A DNA stretch of 50,341 nt from Terriglobales bacterium (GTDB taxonomy: Bacteria > Acidobacteriota > Terriglobia > Terriglobales > Acidobacteriaceae): contig JAATFH010000513.1 of assembly GCA_015655315.1 (NCBI GenBank), positions 1-50,341 of the forward strand. The letters run 5' to 3'. The notes beneath the pieces are model-generated. The model worked only from the letters and a program-made list of their open reading frames with translations. It did no database searches and was not told the origin of the DNA. Positions 9,401-18,265 of this stretch are shown piece by piece; the first letter of the stretch is position 1, and every line of letters begins with the position of its first letter. Position numbers and translations under genes: made by a program.

Positions 9401-9884
9401 TTACTGGCATACAAACTATCGCGCCGCTCAAGGTGGAGATTTCCAGTTCCGCTTTGTCGTCACCAGCGCCTCGTCTACCGATGCTGTCGCGTTGAGTCGC
9501 ATGGGATGGGAAGAAGTCACGCCTTTCGAGACCGATGAAATTCGATCGCAGGACAAAGCGCTCGATTTGCCTCGTCCTTTGGACAGCAAACAAACAAGCT
9601 TCCTGACCATCGATGATCCAGACGTCGTGCTTGACACCTGGAAGCCAGCCGAGGACGGGGATGGAACGATTATCCGGTTGATCGATCTTGGTGGAGCAGT
9701 CCGAACTGTAAACATCAACACCCCGTTGCTTGCAATTGGCAAAGCCGTTGAAACAGACGCCGTTGAACGTGACAAAAAGCCCCTGGTCGTTCGTCCCGGT
9801 GGAGTCCAGGTTGAGGTTCACCCGCATGAAATTGTCACGATTCGACTTTCTGGAGATCTACGGCTGCATGCACCGACCGAATAG
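6426..9884 (+). CDS. Secreted GH38 alpha-mannosidase-like glycoside hydrolase with an N-terminal CBM-like (PL4 domain III-like) module
   Basis: Signal peptide. WSVGTFDRSSAEF...YDAIELD module. GH38 Zn motif VPHVHLDVGY, plus TDVPSYSW, YWEGPDG, DEHTW, MNNYWHTNY and WKPAEDG. Substrate not determinable. Confidence 0.85.
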   Translation: MQSKFVSFFFVLFMAVCLSAEGQTENTVWSVGTFDRSSAEFADGSPQKPVTFIIGADHSEKNWYGYAPAAFSDGHSDPASGPRAIQFSLATKASPAYRLRVSLLIEHSSVPALRVSINGRMGTFYLHPELDYSMGDTIAAFFPAYSHATAEFDFPGSYLREGANTITLQAVSIADKGVPDAGFNYDAIELDSSQSLPAASTAHAEPTIFYRQMGSSVAEQVDVFVRYGERPRSGQVLFKVAGYQFGNSLHANQDFGEERFHIAVPEFPANTPASLTVTLNGHSAHFNQTIQPQKKWTLFLVPHVHLDVGYSDYQAKVAAIQSRILDEAMDLTAKHPSFRFSTDGSWNLEQYLKTRTATEKDRVIQAIQHEQLYIPAQYSNVLTGFPTAETLIRSLYPSANFSRTYKTPLNYANITDVPSYSWSYASVLAAAGMQYFLAGSNNDRAPVLLQGHLNENSPMYWEGPDGKKVLFWYSRHYMQMQFLFGLPPLPETGEEILPVFLQMYQRPNYQAHAAILFGTQVENTDLFPQQAELADQWNALYAYPHVQYSGFHDALAEIAKQFGDNIPTIRGDGGPYWEDGIGSDAFYAALERENESRGPSAEKLATISALVNPRLAVDHDALNQMWNSMVLMDEHTWLSWNSVSDPASREATEQLRVKDSRAITAAGLRDHLLRSSMASVADSIAAGVGSVIVFNPLNWQRDGIVNIDVDKGYEMVDRATEQPVPYSVVQDGNDFRRVEFVAKQVPPVGYKVYYLRRSTKTPGAPETANSTTIESPYYRVELDPSSGSVRSIYDKQLQKELVDQSSPYRFGQYLYVTGGDKEPNSVLQYRIVSPKPELQIHSSVQGRLISVEHTSYGWRARLESSAENTPKIASEIRLFENEKKIEFAEKITKKEVLTKEAVYFAFPFAMSHPQFQYEIQNGVVDPSKDMYPGAGHEWFSVQHWVSVQQEGVSGSVMPLDTPLVTLGDINRGEWPTEFGQRPGTVFAYAMNNYWHTNYRAAQGGDFQFRFVVTSASSTDAVALSRMGWEEVTPFETDEIRSQDKALDLPRPLDSKQTSFLTIDDPDVVLDTWKPAEDGDGTIIRLIDLGGAVRTVNINTPLLAIGKAVETDAVERDKKPLVVRPGGVQVEVHPHEIVTIRLSGDLRLHAPTE

Positions 9885-10013
9885 CCGCTTGTCGAACTTA
9901 TTTTTCACTTCGGCCCAAGGAGATATAGCTAGCGGCTGATCTCTTGCTATAGAATGCGATGCCGACGGCGGGAAGGGCCGAGTTAGGTGAGTTCCTCTGC
10001 CGTGGAGGGGCTT

Positions 10014-10799
10014 ATGTCAGCTCCCGACGTAGTCTGGAAAAATGGCAAGTTCGGCCAAACGTCGCGCCGCGATGCCTGGTGGCTTTCCCCAACGGTTGTC
10101 TTTCTCGGTTTCAGTGCGTTTATCGTGTACTCCACGTGGGCGGCGTTTCAGAACAGCCACTACACCTTCGGACCTTATATCTCGCCGTTTTATTCGCCTG
10201 AGCTTTTTGGCAACTCTCCGCACGCGCTTTTGGGCCCGAAGCCGGGATGGTATCCGAGCTTTCTGCCGTTCTCCCCGGCATTCTTTGTGCTCTGGATTCC
10301 AGGCCTCTTTCGCCTGACGTGTTATTACTACCGCGGCGCGTACTATAAGTCGTTCTGGGCTGATCCTCCGGCGTGTGCTGTGGGTGAACCACGCAAAAGC
10401 TATCTCGGCGAGCGAAGCTTCCCGCTCATCCTGCAGAATTTCCATCGCTATTTTCTGCGGCTCTCCTATATTGTCTGGTTTTTCCTCGTTTACGACGCAA
10501 TCATGTCCTTCCGCTTTCCAGATGGCTTCGGCATCGGCGTAGGAAGCCTGGTTCTGGTAGTGAACGTCGTCCTTCTCGGAGGATACGTCTTCGGATGCCA
10601 CGCCTTCCGGCACCTCATCGGAGGCACCTTCGATCGCATCTCGGAGCATCCCGTGCGGCACAAACTCTACGATTGCGTAAGCTGCCTGAACGGAGCGCAT
10701 AAGAAGTGGGCGTGGGCAAGCCTCTTCTGGGTTGGCTTCTCCGACATTTATGTCCGCCTCTGTTCGATGGGTATCTGGCATGACTGGAGAATCCTGTAG
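10014..10799 (+). CDS. Succinate dehydrogenase membrane anchor, mycobacterial Sdh1 (Rv0249c-like) type
   Basis: Multiple TM helices. YISPFYSP, FRLTCYYYRGAYYKSFW.DPPACAV.EP, QNFHRYF, GCHAFRH. ATG 10014 follows GGAGGGG and the stop abuts sdhA. Confidence 0.85.
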   Translation: MSAPDVVWKNGKFGQTSRRDAWWLSPTVVFLGFSAFIVYSTWAAFQNSHYTFGPYISPFYSPELFGNSPHALLGPKPGWYPSFLPFSPAFFVLWIPGLFRLTCYYYRGAYYKSFWADPPACAVGEPRKSYLGERSFPLILQNFHRYFLRLSYIVWFFLVYDAIMSFRFPDGFGIGVGSLVLVVNVVLLGGYVFGCHAFRHLIGGTFDRISEHPVRHKLYDCVSCLNGAHKKWAWASLFWVGFSDIYVRLCSMGIWHDWRIL

Positions 10800-12614
10800 A
10801 TGCCCGAATTCCAACGGTTCTCCTACGATGTCCTGGTAATCGGAGCTGGAGGCGCAGGCCTACGCGCCGCCATTGAAGCCGCAGCCACCGGCGCGAAAGT
10901 CGGCGTAGTCTGCAAATCGCTTCTCGGTAAAGCGCACACCGTCATGGCGGAAGGCGGCATCGCCGCAGCTCTCGCCAACGTGGATGACCGCGACAGCTGG
11001 CGCGTCCATTTCGCCGACACGATGCGCGGCGGGCAATACCTCAACAACTGGCGCATGGCCGAGTTGCACGCCAAGGAAGCGCCTGAGTGCGTGCGCGAGC
11101 TCGAGGCCTGGGGCGCGCTCTTCGACCGCACAAAAGACGGAAAAATTCTTCAACGCAATTTCGGAGGACATCGCTATCCGCGTCTGGCTCACGTCGGCGA
11201 CCGCACTGGTCTCGAAATGATTCGCACACTGCAGGATCACGGCATTCACACTGGCATGGAAGTCAACATGGAGTGCACTGTGCTCAGCCTCCTGATGGAC
11301 TCAGGCCGAGTCGCAGGAGCCTGCGGATACGACCGAGAAAGAGGCCGCTTCCACGTCTGGCAGGAAAAGGCGGTCGTGCTCGCCACTGGCGGCATCGGCC
11401 GCGCCTTCAAAGTCACGAGCAACAGCTGGGAATACACCGGGGATGGCCTCGCGTTGGCCTACCGCGTCGGCGCCGAACTTCAGGACATGGAGTTCGTGCA
11501 ATTCCACCCTACCGGGATGGTGTGGCCGATTAGTGTGCGCGGCATCCTCGTTACCGAAGGTGTGCGCGGTGAAGGCGGCGTGCTGCGAAACAGCGAAGGC
11601 CGCCGCTTTATGTTCGACGACATTCCCGACCTGTATAAAGAGCAGACCGCCGACACAGAAGAAGAAGGTTGGCGTTACACGCAAGGCGACAAGAATGCTC
11701 GCCGTCCGCCCGAACTGCTCACGCGCGATCACGTCGCCCGCTGTATCAATCGCGAAGTCAAAGCAGGCCGAGGCTCGCCGCACGGCGGCGTCTTCCTCGA
11801 CATCTCCTGGATCAAGCAGCACATCTCAAAATCAGAGGAGCACATCAAGCGTAAGCTCCCCAGCATGTATCACCAGTTCAAACAGCTCGCCGATCTCGAT
11901 ATTACGAAAGAGCCGATGGAAGTGGGACCAACAACCCACTACATGATGGGTGGAATTCGCGTCGATGGAGACTCGCAGATGTCCACCGTGCCGGGCCTCT
12001 TTGCTGCCGGAGAAGCAGCCGCGGGACTGCACGGTGCAAATCGTCTCGGCGGCAATTCCCTCTCTGATCTCGTCGTCTTCGGACGCCGCGCCGGACGCTA
12101 CGCCGCAGAATTCGCGAAATCCAACGGCGCAACAGTAATCGACGAGCAACATCTGCAGTCCACCGCAAACGATGCTCTGACACCCTTCGAACGCGGCCCA
12201 ACCGGCGAAAACCCCTATCAAATCCAATACGACTTGCAGGACAAGATGCAGGATCTAGTCGGCATTGTCCGCACCGAAAATGAAATGCAACAGGCACTGG
12301 ACATCATCGCGCAACTCTACAAACGGGTCGAGCGCGTCGGCATCACGGGCAACCGCGAATATAACAACGGCTGGCATACCGCGGTTGACGTCGCCAACCT
12401 GATGATTGTCTCCGAAGCCGTAACCCGAGCCGCCCTGCTGCGAAAAGAGAGCCGGGGCGCGCAGTTCCGAGAAGATTTCCCGACCAAAGACACCGAATGG
12501 GGCAAGTACAACATTGTCGTCAAACAGAGCCAGGATGACGAAATGCAAATCGAACAGCGCGCCATCGCGCCCATGCCCGAAGAGTTAAAGGCCGTAATTG
12601 AGGAGATGAAATAA
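10800..12614 (+). CDS. sdhA: Succinate dehydrogenase/fumarate reductase flavoprotein subunit
   Basis: GAGGAG FAD motif, KAHTVMAEGG (covalent-FAD His), QFHPT, TEGVRGEGG, THYMMGG, HGANRLGGNSL, RKESRGA. Confidence 0.95.
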   Translation: MPEFQRFSYDVLVIGAGGAGLRAAIEAAATGAKVGVVCKSLLGKAHTVMAEGGIAAALANVDDRDSWRVHFADTMRGGQYLNNWRMAELHAKEAPECVRELEAWGALFDRTKDGKILQRNFGGHRYPRLAHVGDRTGLEMIRTLQDHGIHTGMEVNMECTVLSLLMDSGRVAGACGYDRERGRFHVWQEKAVVLATGGIGRAFKVTSNSWEYTGDGLALAYRVGAELQDMEFVQFHPTGMVWPISVRGILVTEGVRGEGGVLRNSEGRRFMFDDIPDLYKEQTADTEEEGWRYTQGDKNARRPPELLTRDHVARCINREVKAGRGSPHGGVFLDISWIKQHISKSEEHIKRKLPSMYHQFKQLADLDITKEPMEVGPTTHYMMGGIRVDGDSQMSTVPGLFAAGEAAAGLHGANRLGGNSLSDLVVFGRRAGRYAAEFAKSNGATVIDEQHLQSTANDALTPFERGPTGENPYQIQYDLQDKMQDLVGIVRTENEMQQALDIIAQLYKRVERVGITGNREYNNGWHTAVDVANLMIVSEAVTRAALLRKESRGAQFREDFPTKDTEWGKYNIVVKQSQDDEMQIEQRAIAPMPEELKAVIEEMK

Positions 12615-13351
12615 TGGCCACCCAGGCGACATTTCGTATCTGGCGCGGAGATCCCGCAGGCGGAACATTCCAGGACTACACAACTCCCGTCGAAGAGGGC
12701 ATGGTTGTTTTGGACGCTGTGCACCGCATCCAAGCGCAGCAGGTGACCGATCTCGCCGTGCGCTGGAACTGCAAGGCCGGCAAATGCGGCTCTTGCTCGG
12801 CAGAAATCAATGGCATGCCGAAACTCATGTGCATGACGCGTCTCAGCGACATCAACCTCGAAATGCCGGTCATTCTCGAACCGATGCACGCCTTTCCACC
12901 GATTCGCGACCTCGTCACTGATGTCTCCTGGAACTTCCGCGCCAAAAAGACCATCAAGCAGTTCCAGCCGCGCTCACCCGACTTCCCCGACGGCACATGG
13001 CGCATGCAGCAAGCCGACGTCGAACGTGTTCAGGAATTCCGCAAGTGCATCGAGTGTTTTCTCTGCCAGGATGTCTGCCATGTCTTGCGCGAACACCATA
13101 AGCATGACGAGTTCATTGGCCCGCGCCTGCTTGTCTACGCTGCCGCGCTCGAGATGCACCCGCTCGACACGGAAGATCGCGTCAGCGATCTGCGACGCAG
13201 GCACAACATTGGCTACTGCAATATCACAACCTGTTGCCGACAAGTCTGCCCCGAGTCGATTACGATTACCGAGAACGCAATCATCCCACTCAAAGAACGC
13301 GTCGTGGACCAGTTCTTCGATCCACTGAAGCAACTCTTCCACATCCTGTAG
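12614..13351 (+). CDS. sdhB: Succinate dehydrogenase/fumarate reductase iron-sulfur subunit
   Basis: CKAGKCGSC...C (2Fe-2S), CIECFLCQDVC and CNITTCCRQVCP. TAATG overlap with sdhA. Confidence 0.95.
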   Translation: MATQATFRIWRGDPAGGTFQDYTTPVEEGMVVLDAVHRIQAQQVTDLAVRWNCKAGKCGSCSAEINGMPKLMCMTRLSDINLEMPVILEPMHAFPPIRDLVTDVSWNFRAKKTIKQFQPRSPDFPDGTWRMQQADVERVQEFRKCIECFLCQDVCHVLREHHKHDEFIGPRLLVYAAALEMHPLDTEDRVSDLRRRHNIGYCNITTCCRQVCPESITITENAIIPLKERVVDQFFDPLKQLFHIL

Positions 13352-13386
13352 CGCAGGGGAAATCAGACAAAGAAGGAGGAAATCCG

Positions 13387-13887
13387 ATGTTCACTCTCAA
13401 ACCTATTTCGCACGACAGTGTAGAAACCGCGCTTGCCAAAGCCGAGCGCTATCGCCTGCTCAACGAACCCAATGAAGCCGAAAGCATCTGCCACGACATT
13501 CTCGAAATTGACCCCGCAAACCGGCAGGCGCGCATCAGCCTTGTCCTCGCTCTTACAGACGCGATTCCCCAGGAGTCCGGCGCATTCGCAAGCGCCCTGA
13601 TGGCAATCTCCGGTCTCGAAGCCGAATACGACCACGCCTACTATTCCGGGATCGCCTGGGAGCGCCGCGCCAAGGCCTACTATAGTGCCGACGGTCCCGG
13701 CTCCAGCGGTTACGTATACGACTGGATCGCTAAGGCGCTTGCTTTTTTCGAAGAAGCGGAGCATCTGCGTCCAGCCGGCAACGACGACGCAATCCTGCGC
13801 TGGAACACCTGCGTGCGCTTCCTCGATCGCCACAAAGAGCTGCGGCCAAAAACAGAAGAGACTCCTGAGCCGATCCTTTCGGAATAA
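13387..13887 (+). CDS. Hypothetical helical/TPR-like protein, 166 aa
   Basis: Strong RBS AAGGAGGA before ATG 13387. TPR-like segments EAESICHDILEIDPANRQA and ALAFFEEAEHLRPAGNDDA. Starts 35 nt after sdhB. Confidence 0.8.
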   Translation: MFTLKPISHDSVETALAKAERYRLLNEPNEAESICHDILEIDPANRQARISLVLALTDAIPQESGAFASALMAISGLEAEYDHAYYSGIAWERRAKAYYSADGPGSSGYVYDWIAKALAFFEEAEHLRPAGNDDAILRWNTCVRFLDRHKELRPKTEETPEPILSE

Positions 13888-14351
13888 AGTCTGTCAAGTA
13901 GCGAGATGAGAACCGAAGATTGAATAGCCGCGCATATCGGCCTGCGAAGCATGAATATCCAATAAACGCTTATAAATCAATCGGATACAAAGAAAGCTGA
14001 TTGGGTAGCAGAGGCCATTGCCACTCCTATCTCTTAAAAGAACCCCAAAATCGATAATTGTGCGGCAAAACACCCCGCGTGAGCGCACCTCTGGTCTGCG
14101 CCCCGGACGCTAAAGTTGGGAGTGGCTGACCGTAAAAGATCAAATGCATAGTGTTGTTTAGATTAGGCAAATGGTTGCACACCAGCCAGCAAACGGACTA
14201 AATCTATACCCGCCATTCATCTTGGCCATGTTGTTAGGAATGATGACATTGCACTCCAGCCATACTGCTTTACCCGCTAGTTCTCACCAAGATTGACGTC
14301 TCCTGACGCCTGCACCCGACATATTCACTAACTTCCGGGCAAAGAAACACT

Positions 14352-14411
14352 TGGTCTTTCAATTGCAATAACTGACGACGGTAGCCGAAGCAAGGTGGCT
14401 GAATGCATGCA
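14352..14411 (+). promoter_or_regulatory. Two candidate sigma54 -24/-12 promoters for the left EPS arm
   Basis: TGGTCTTTCAATTGCA (14352-14367) and TGGCTGAATGCATGCA (14396-14411). Both have GG-N10-GC spacing, each with one weak half. Confidence 0.4.
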
Positions 14412-14572
14412 TTCTCATGCTCCAAGTTTCTGGCTTTCGCAACATATCTGACAACGCCAGCTTTCCACAGAGATTCACTGTGAGTCAGCAACGCGAAGCG
14501 TTTGACAAAAACCCAGGCCGTGGGAAGCATCCAGCATAATGCCACACGGACTACAGCCGAAGGATAGTTTGT

Positions 14573-15097
14573 ATGGCCACAGTGAAGCCCTTAATGCTAC
14601 CAAGGATCGGAAGAGCCCCTATCGATAACAAGACTGCGGGTTTTGAAAAGCGATTGCAGTCCCCGGCGCTTCAAGAAACGCTCTTTCTACAGATGCTCCA
14701 ACTGGAACATCGCAGATCGGAACGCTTCGCCAGGCCATTCTTGCTGGTGCTCATCTCTGCAGAGCATTATTCCGGACCCGAATCGCGTGGCCTGGTATTG
14801 CAGCGCGTGTCAGCGGCCATTGCCGTTTCTACGCGTGAAACTGACATCGTCGGCTGGTACGAGCAGGGCTCGAAGCTGGGTATTCTGTTCACCGAAATCG
14901 GCGGCGCCGACGGAGCAACCGTGGATTTGCTTACTCAAAAAGTCTCAGACGCGCTGCGAAGCGCTGTCGGTGAGAGTTCCTCGGATTATTTCAAGCTGGA
15001 CTTTCGCCTCTATACCCAAGTACCCGCTCCTCCAAAACCACACTCCCGCGACGCGGATCTTCTATTCCATCCTGACCTCGCCGGCTGGTGCCGATGA
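14573..15097 (+). CDS. Stand-alone degenerate GGDEF-like protein, paralog of the N-terminal domain of the priming sugar transferase
   Basis: LQLEHRRSERFARPFLLVLI and STRETDIVGWYEQGSKLGILFTEI align by eye with the N-terminal half of the 35343-36494 product. AAGGA RBS. Confidence 0.8.
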   Translation: MATVKPLMLPRIGRAPIDNKTAGFEKRLQSPALQETLFLQMLQLEHRRSERFARPFLLVLISAEHYSGPESRGLVLQRVSAAIAVSTRETDIVGWYEQGSKLGILFTEIGGADGATVDLLTQKVSDALRSAVGESSSDYFKLDFRLYTQVPAPPKPHSRDADLLFHPDLAGWCR

Positions 15098-15210
15098 GTA
15101 GTGGTCACAGATAGGTCCGGAGATTACACACTCTTTGAGCGCTCCTCGAAGCCTGTTCCGGAAGGAAGAATTAGAGGAGTTGGAACGCAGCAACGAAAGC
15201 GAGATATTGT

Positions 15211-16488
15211 ATGGCGTCCACATCGCCTGAAATTCAAAGCAACTATGCCCTTAGTAGTATCCTGTCCGGGCCTCACCCCGAACGCCCTCTCCGGGTATGC
15301 ATGCTAGCCTACGCCTTTTATGAGAGCGACACTCGCATTCTGCAATATGCTACGGCCCTCGCTGAACGCGGCGACATTGTCGATGTGATCGCCTTACGAC
15401 GGGGCGACGAGTTTCCTGAATTCGAACGACTCAACGGAGTCAACGTGTATCGAATTCAGGAACGCACTGTAAACGAGAAGGGACTGTTCACTTACGTCAA
15501 GCGCATAATGCGCTTTGCTTTTCGGTCAGCGTGGTTTCTCCGTCGTAAACACCGTGAACATCCCTACGATGTAGTGCATGTGCACAATGTGCCCGACTTC
15601 CTTGTTTTCTCTGCTGTGTACCCTAAACTGAAAAAAGCGCCGATTGTTCTCGATGTTCATGATCTGCTGCCAGAGTTTTATGCGAGCAAGTTCAAGATCA
15701 GCCACAAGTCGTTTCTTTTTAAGCTGCTGGTATTGAGTGAACGCTGTTCCGCCGCCTTTGCTGACCATGTAATCATAGCGAATCATTTGTGGCGCCATCG
15801 TCTGGTTTCTCGTTCATCTAAACCCGAGAAATGCAGCGTCGTCCGGAATCGACCCGACCTCAGCATTTTTACTGAGAGCGCAAAAGAGAAGCGCAAGGAG
15901 GATGGAAAGTTCATTCTCACCTATCCAGGCTCGCTCAATTGGCACCAGGGTCTTGATGTAGCAATCCGGGCATTTACAAGCATCGCGGACCGGATACCGG
16001 AAGCAGAATTCCACATTTATGGCGAAGGGCCGGCGAAGCCATCCCTGATGGCGTTGGTGAAGGAGTTCGGAATGGAAAGCCGGATTTTCTTTCATGACTT
16101 TCTGCCCAGCCGCGAAGTTGCTCAAGTGATGGCGAAAACTGATCTCGCGATCGAGCCGAAACGTTCGACTTCCGCTTTCGGCAACGAAGCATTGAGCACA
16201 AAGATTCTTGAGTTCATGTCTTTAGGGGTTCCTGTAATCGCGTCGAAAACAACCATCCATGCCTATTACTACGACGAAACCATTATTCAGTATTACGACA
16301 ATGACGATGAGTCACAGTTAGCCGCACAGATTCTGCACCTGAAAAATGACTCTCATCTACGCCGCTCACTGGTTGAAAACGCCAAACAGTACGTAGAGGA
16401 AAACACATGGGACGCCCGCAAGCATGAATATCTAAGGCTTGTGGATTCACTCATCACCCCCAACGCTCAAGTTGCCCTGGTTCTATAA
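15211..16488 (+). CDS. Glycosyltransferase family 4
   Basis: DVVHVHNVPD, LDVHDLLPE, YPGSLNWHQGLD, STKILEFMSLGVPVIAS. Confidence 0.92.
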   Translation: MASTSPEIQSNYALSSILSGPHPERPLRVCMLAYAFYESDTRILQYATALAERGDIVDVIALRRGDEFPEFERLNGVNVYRIQERTVNEKGLFTYVKRIMRFAFRSAWFLRRKHREHPYDVVHVHNVPDFLVFSAVYPKLKKAPIVLDVHDLLPEFYASKFKISHKSFLFKLLVLSERCSAAFADHVIIANHLWRHRLVSRSSKPEKCSVVRNRPDLSIFTESAKEKRKEDGKFILTYPGSLNWHQGLDVAIRAFTSIADRIPEAEFHIYGEGPAKPSLMALVKEFGMESRIFFHDFLPSREVAQVMAKTDLAIEPKRSTSAFGNEALSTKILEFMSLGVPVIASKTTIHAYYYDETIIQYYDNDDESQLAAQILHLKNDSHLRRSLVENAKQYVEENTWDARKHEYLRLVDSLITPNAQVALVL

Positions 16489-16497
16489 GACATCACT

Positions 16498-17361
16498 ATG
16501 AAACAGTACGTGATCATTACTCCTGCTCGCGACGAAGAAGAACATATTGAAAAGACGATTCTATCCGTCGTTGCACAAACCATACGCCCAGCACAGTGGA
16601 TCATCGTGAATGATGGCTCTCGTGATAATACTGGCGCAATCATAGACCGTTATGCCAAGCAGTATCCGTGGATAACGGCGAGGCACCGTCCGAATCGCGG
16701 TTATCGCGAAGCAGGTGGTGGCGTGATGAACACCTTTTACGACGGCTATGCGCTCATAGACGTCCCGCGGTGGGATTTCCTGATGAAACTCGATGCTGAT
16801 CTCAGTTTTGGGGCGGATTATTTCGAGCGCTGTCTGGCGGAATTCGAACGGGAACCACGTCTCGGCATTGGCGGAGGCGCGATCTACCACGATGAAAATG
16901 GCGAACTCAAACTGGAAGACAACCCCAAGTTCCACGTTCGAGGAGCCACAAAGATATACCGGCGTGAGTGCTGGGAGGCCATCGGCGGCCTGCTGCGCGC
17001 GCCAGGGTGGGACACGATTGATGAAGTAAAGGCCAACATGCTCGGTTGGACGACGCGGAGCTTTCTCGATTTGCGCGTGTCTCACCAACGCTTCACGGGT
17101 GCGGCCGACGGGGCGTGGAAAGACTGCATCAAGAATGGCCGGGCAAACTACATTACCGGCTATCATCCATTATTCATGCTCATGAAGTGTGTACGAAGGA
17201 TCGGGGTCAAGCCGTATGCCACAGGAGCCATTGGCCTGTGGTGGGGATACATGAGCAGTTATTGGAAACGTACGCCTCGTGTCGATGACCTTAAACTGAT
17301 CCGCTACACCCGGAATCAGCAGATGCGGCGACTCCTGCTGCAAGAGAGTATCTGGAAGTAA
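16498..17361 (+). CDS. Glycosyltransferase family 2
   Basis: IITPARDEE, IIVNDGSRD, KLDAD (DxD), GWDTID. Confidence 0.92.
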   Translation: MKQYVIITPARDEEEHIEKTILSVVAQTIRPAQWIIVNDGSRDNTGAIIDRYAKQYPWITARHRPNRGYREAGGGVMNTFYDGYALIDVPRWDFLMKLDADLSFGADYFERCLAEFEREPRLGIGGGAIYHDENGELKLEDNPKFHVRGATKIYRRECWEAIGGLLRAPGWDTIDEVKANMLGWTTRSFLDLRVSHQRFTGAADGAWKDCIKNGRANYITGYHPLFMLMKCVRRIGVKPYATGAIGLWWGYMSSYWKRTPRVDDLKLIRYTRNQQMRRLLLQESIWK

Positions 17362-17420
17362 GTTGAAATCAACCGAACCTATCTACTCCAGATTTACACA
17401 GATAGCTTGAATGGAAAGGA

Positions 17421-18218
17421 ATGAAGATGGCGAGTGCGGAAGGGGATGCTGTGTTTGAGACTCTCAGTGCTGCGAGGTCGCAGTGGGATAGCAAGAGCCC
17501 AAAAGTGCGAGAGGTATTTGAAAATGCACCTCATTATCTAAAGGGTCGGCAAGTGGACATCCGCTTCCGCACTCAGGCGGTCAAGCACTTCTCCCAGGGA
17601 ATCGCATGGCGACGTCTGCTTGATATCGGTTGTGGAGATGGGACAATCTCGTTGCAACTGCTGACCGCCGAATCACAATTCACGTTGCTCGATCTGTCGG
17701 CGAGCATGGCAGCGATTGCGAAGGCGAATGTTCCAACGGCTCTTGCCGCTAACGTAAACGTGAGAAATGAAAACTTTCAGGCGGCAGACTTTACCGGCGA
17801 AGTATTCGATCTGGTCGTAACCGTAGGTGTCATGGCACACGTAGATTCTCCGGACAAGTTCCTGGGAAAGATCAAGAAAGTACTGCGCCCGGGAGGCAGC
17901 CTCATTATTGAGTTCACTGATTGCCGTCATTTTATGGGCCGCTTGGAACGATTCACGAGCAATCTGAAGGAGTTTCTGAAACCGGGAAGATTCCGCACCA
18001 ATCGCTTGTCGTTTGCGCAGGTCTCGCAACTTTTCGAGCGGCACAACTTAAAGCTCGTATCAACATTTCGTTACTCGATGGTCCCTATTCCGGGAATCCA
18101 GAAAGCTGTGAAGCCCGGCGTGCTGTACAAGATGGTCAGCATGATCTTTGGCAATCCAGCCAAGAACAGGAATGCGTGGCTTGGAAACCAGTACATCTGC
18201 TTGCTGAAGGCGGAATAA
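17421..18218 (+). CDS. Class I SAM-dependent methyltransferase
   Basis: LLDIGCGDG, LLDLS, FDLVV, VLRPGG. Confidence 0.9.
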   Translation: MKMASAEGDAVFETLSAARSQWDSKSPKVREVFENAPHYLKGRQVDIRFRTQAVKHFSQGIAWRRLLDIGCGDGTISLQLLTAESQFTLLDLSASMAAIAKANVPTALAANVNVRNENFQAADFTGEVFDLVVTVGVMAHVDSPDKFLGKIKKVLRPGGSLIIEFTDCRHFMGRLERFTSNLKEFLKPGRFRTNRLSFAQVSQLFERHNLKLVSTFRYSMVPIPGIQKAVKPGVLYKMVSMIFGNPAKNRNAWLGNQYICLLKAE

Positions 18219-18265
18219 CGCCCTCATCCAACTAGCATTACCAACAAAGCAATCTATGGACTCCG

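Noticed and set aside
8787-9827. 346-aa antisense ORF
   Set aside because: Lies wholly opposite the GH38 gene with no motifs; shadow ORF.
10017-10814. 265-aa minus-strand ORF
   Set aside because: Shadow of the Sdh membrane anchor, which has clear motifs and operon coupling.
14166-14180. AGGCAAATGGTTGCA as a sigma54 promoter
   Set aside because: Spacing is GG-N9-GC, one base short.
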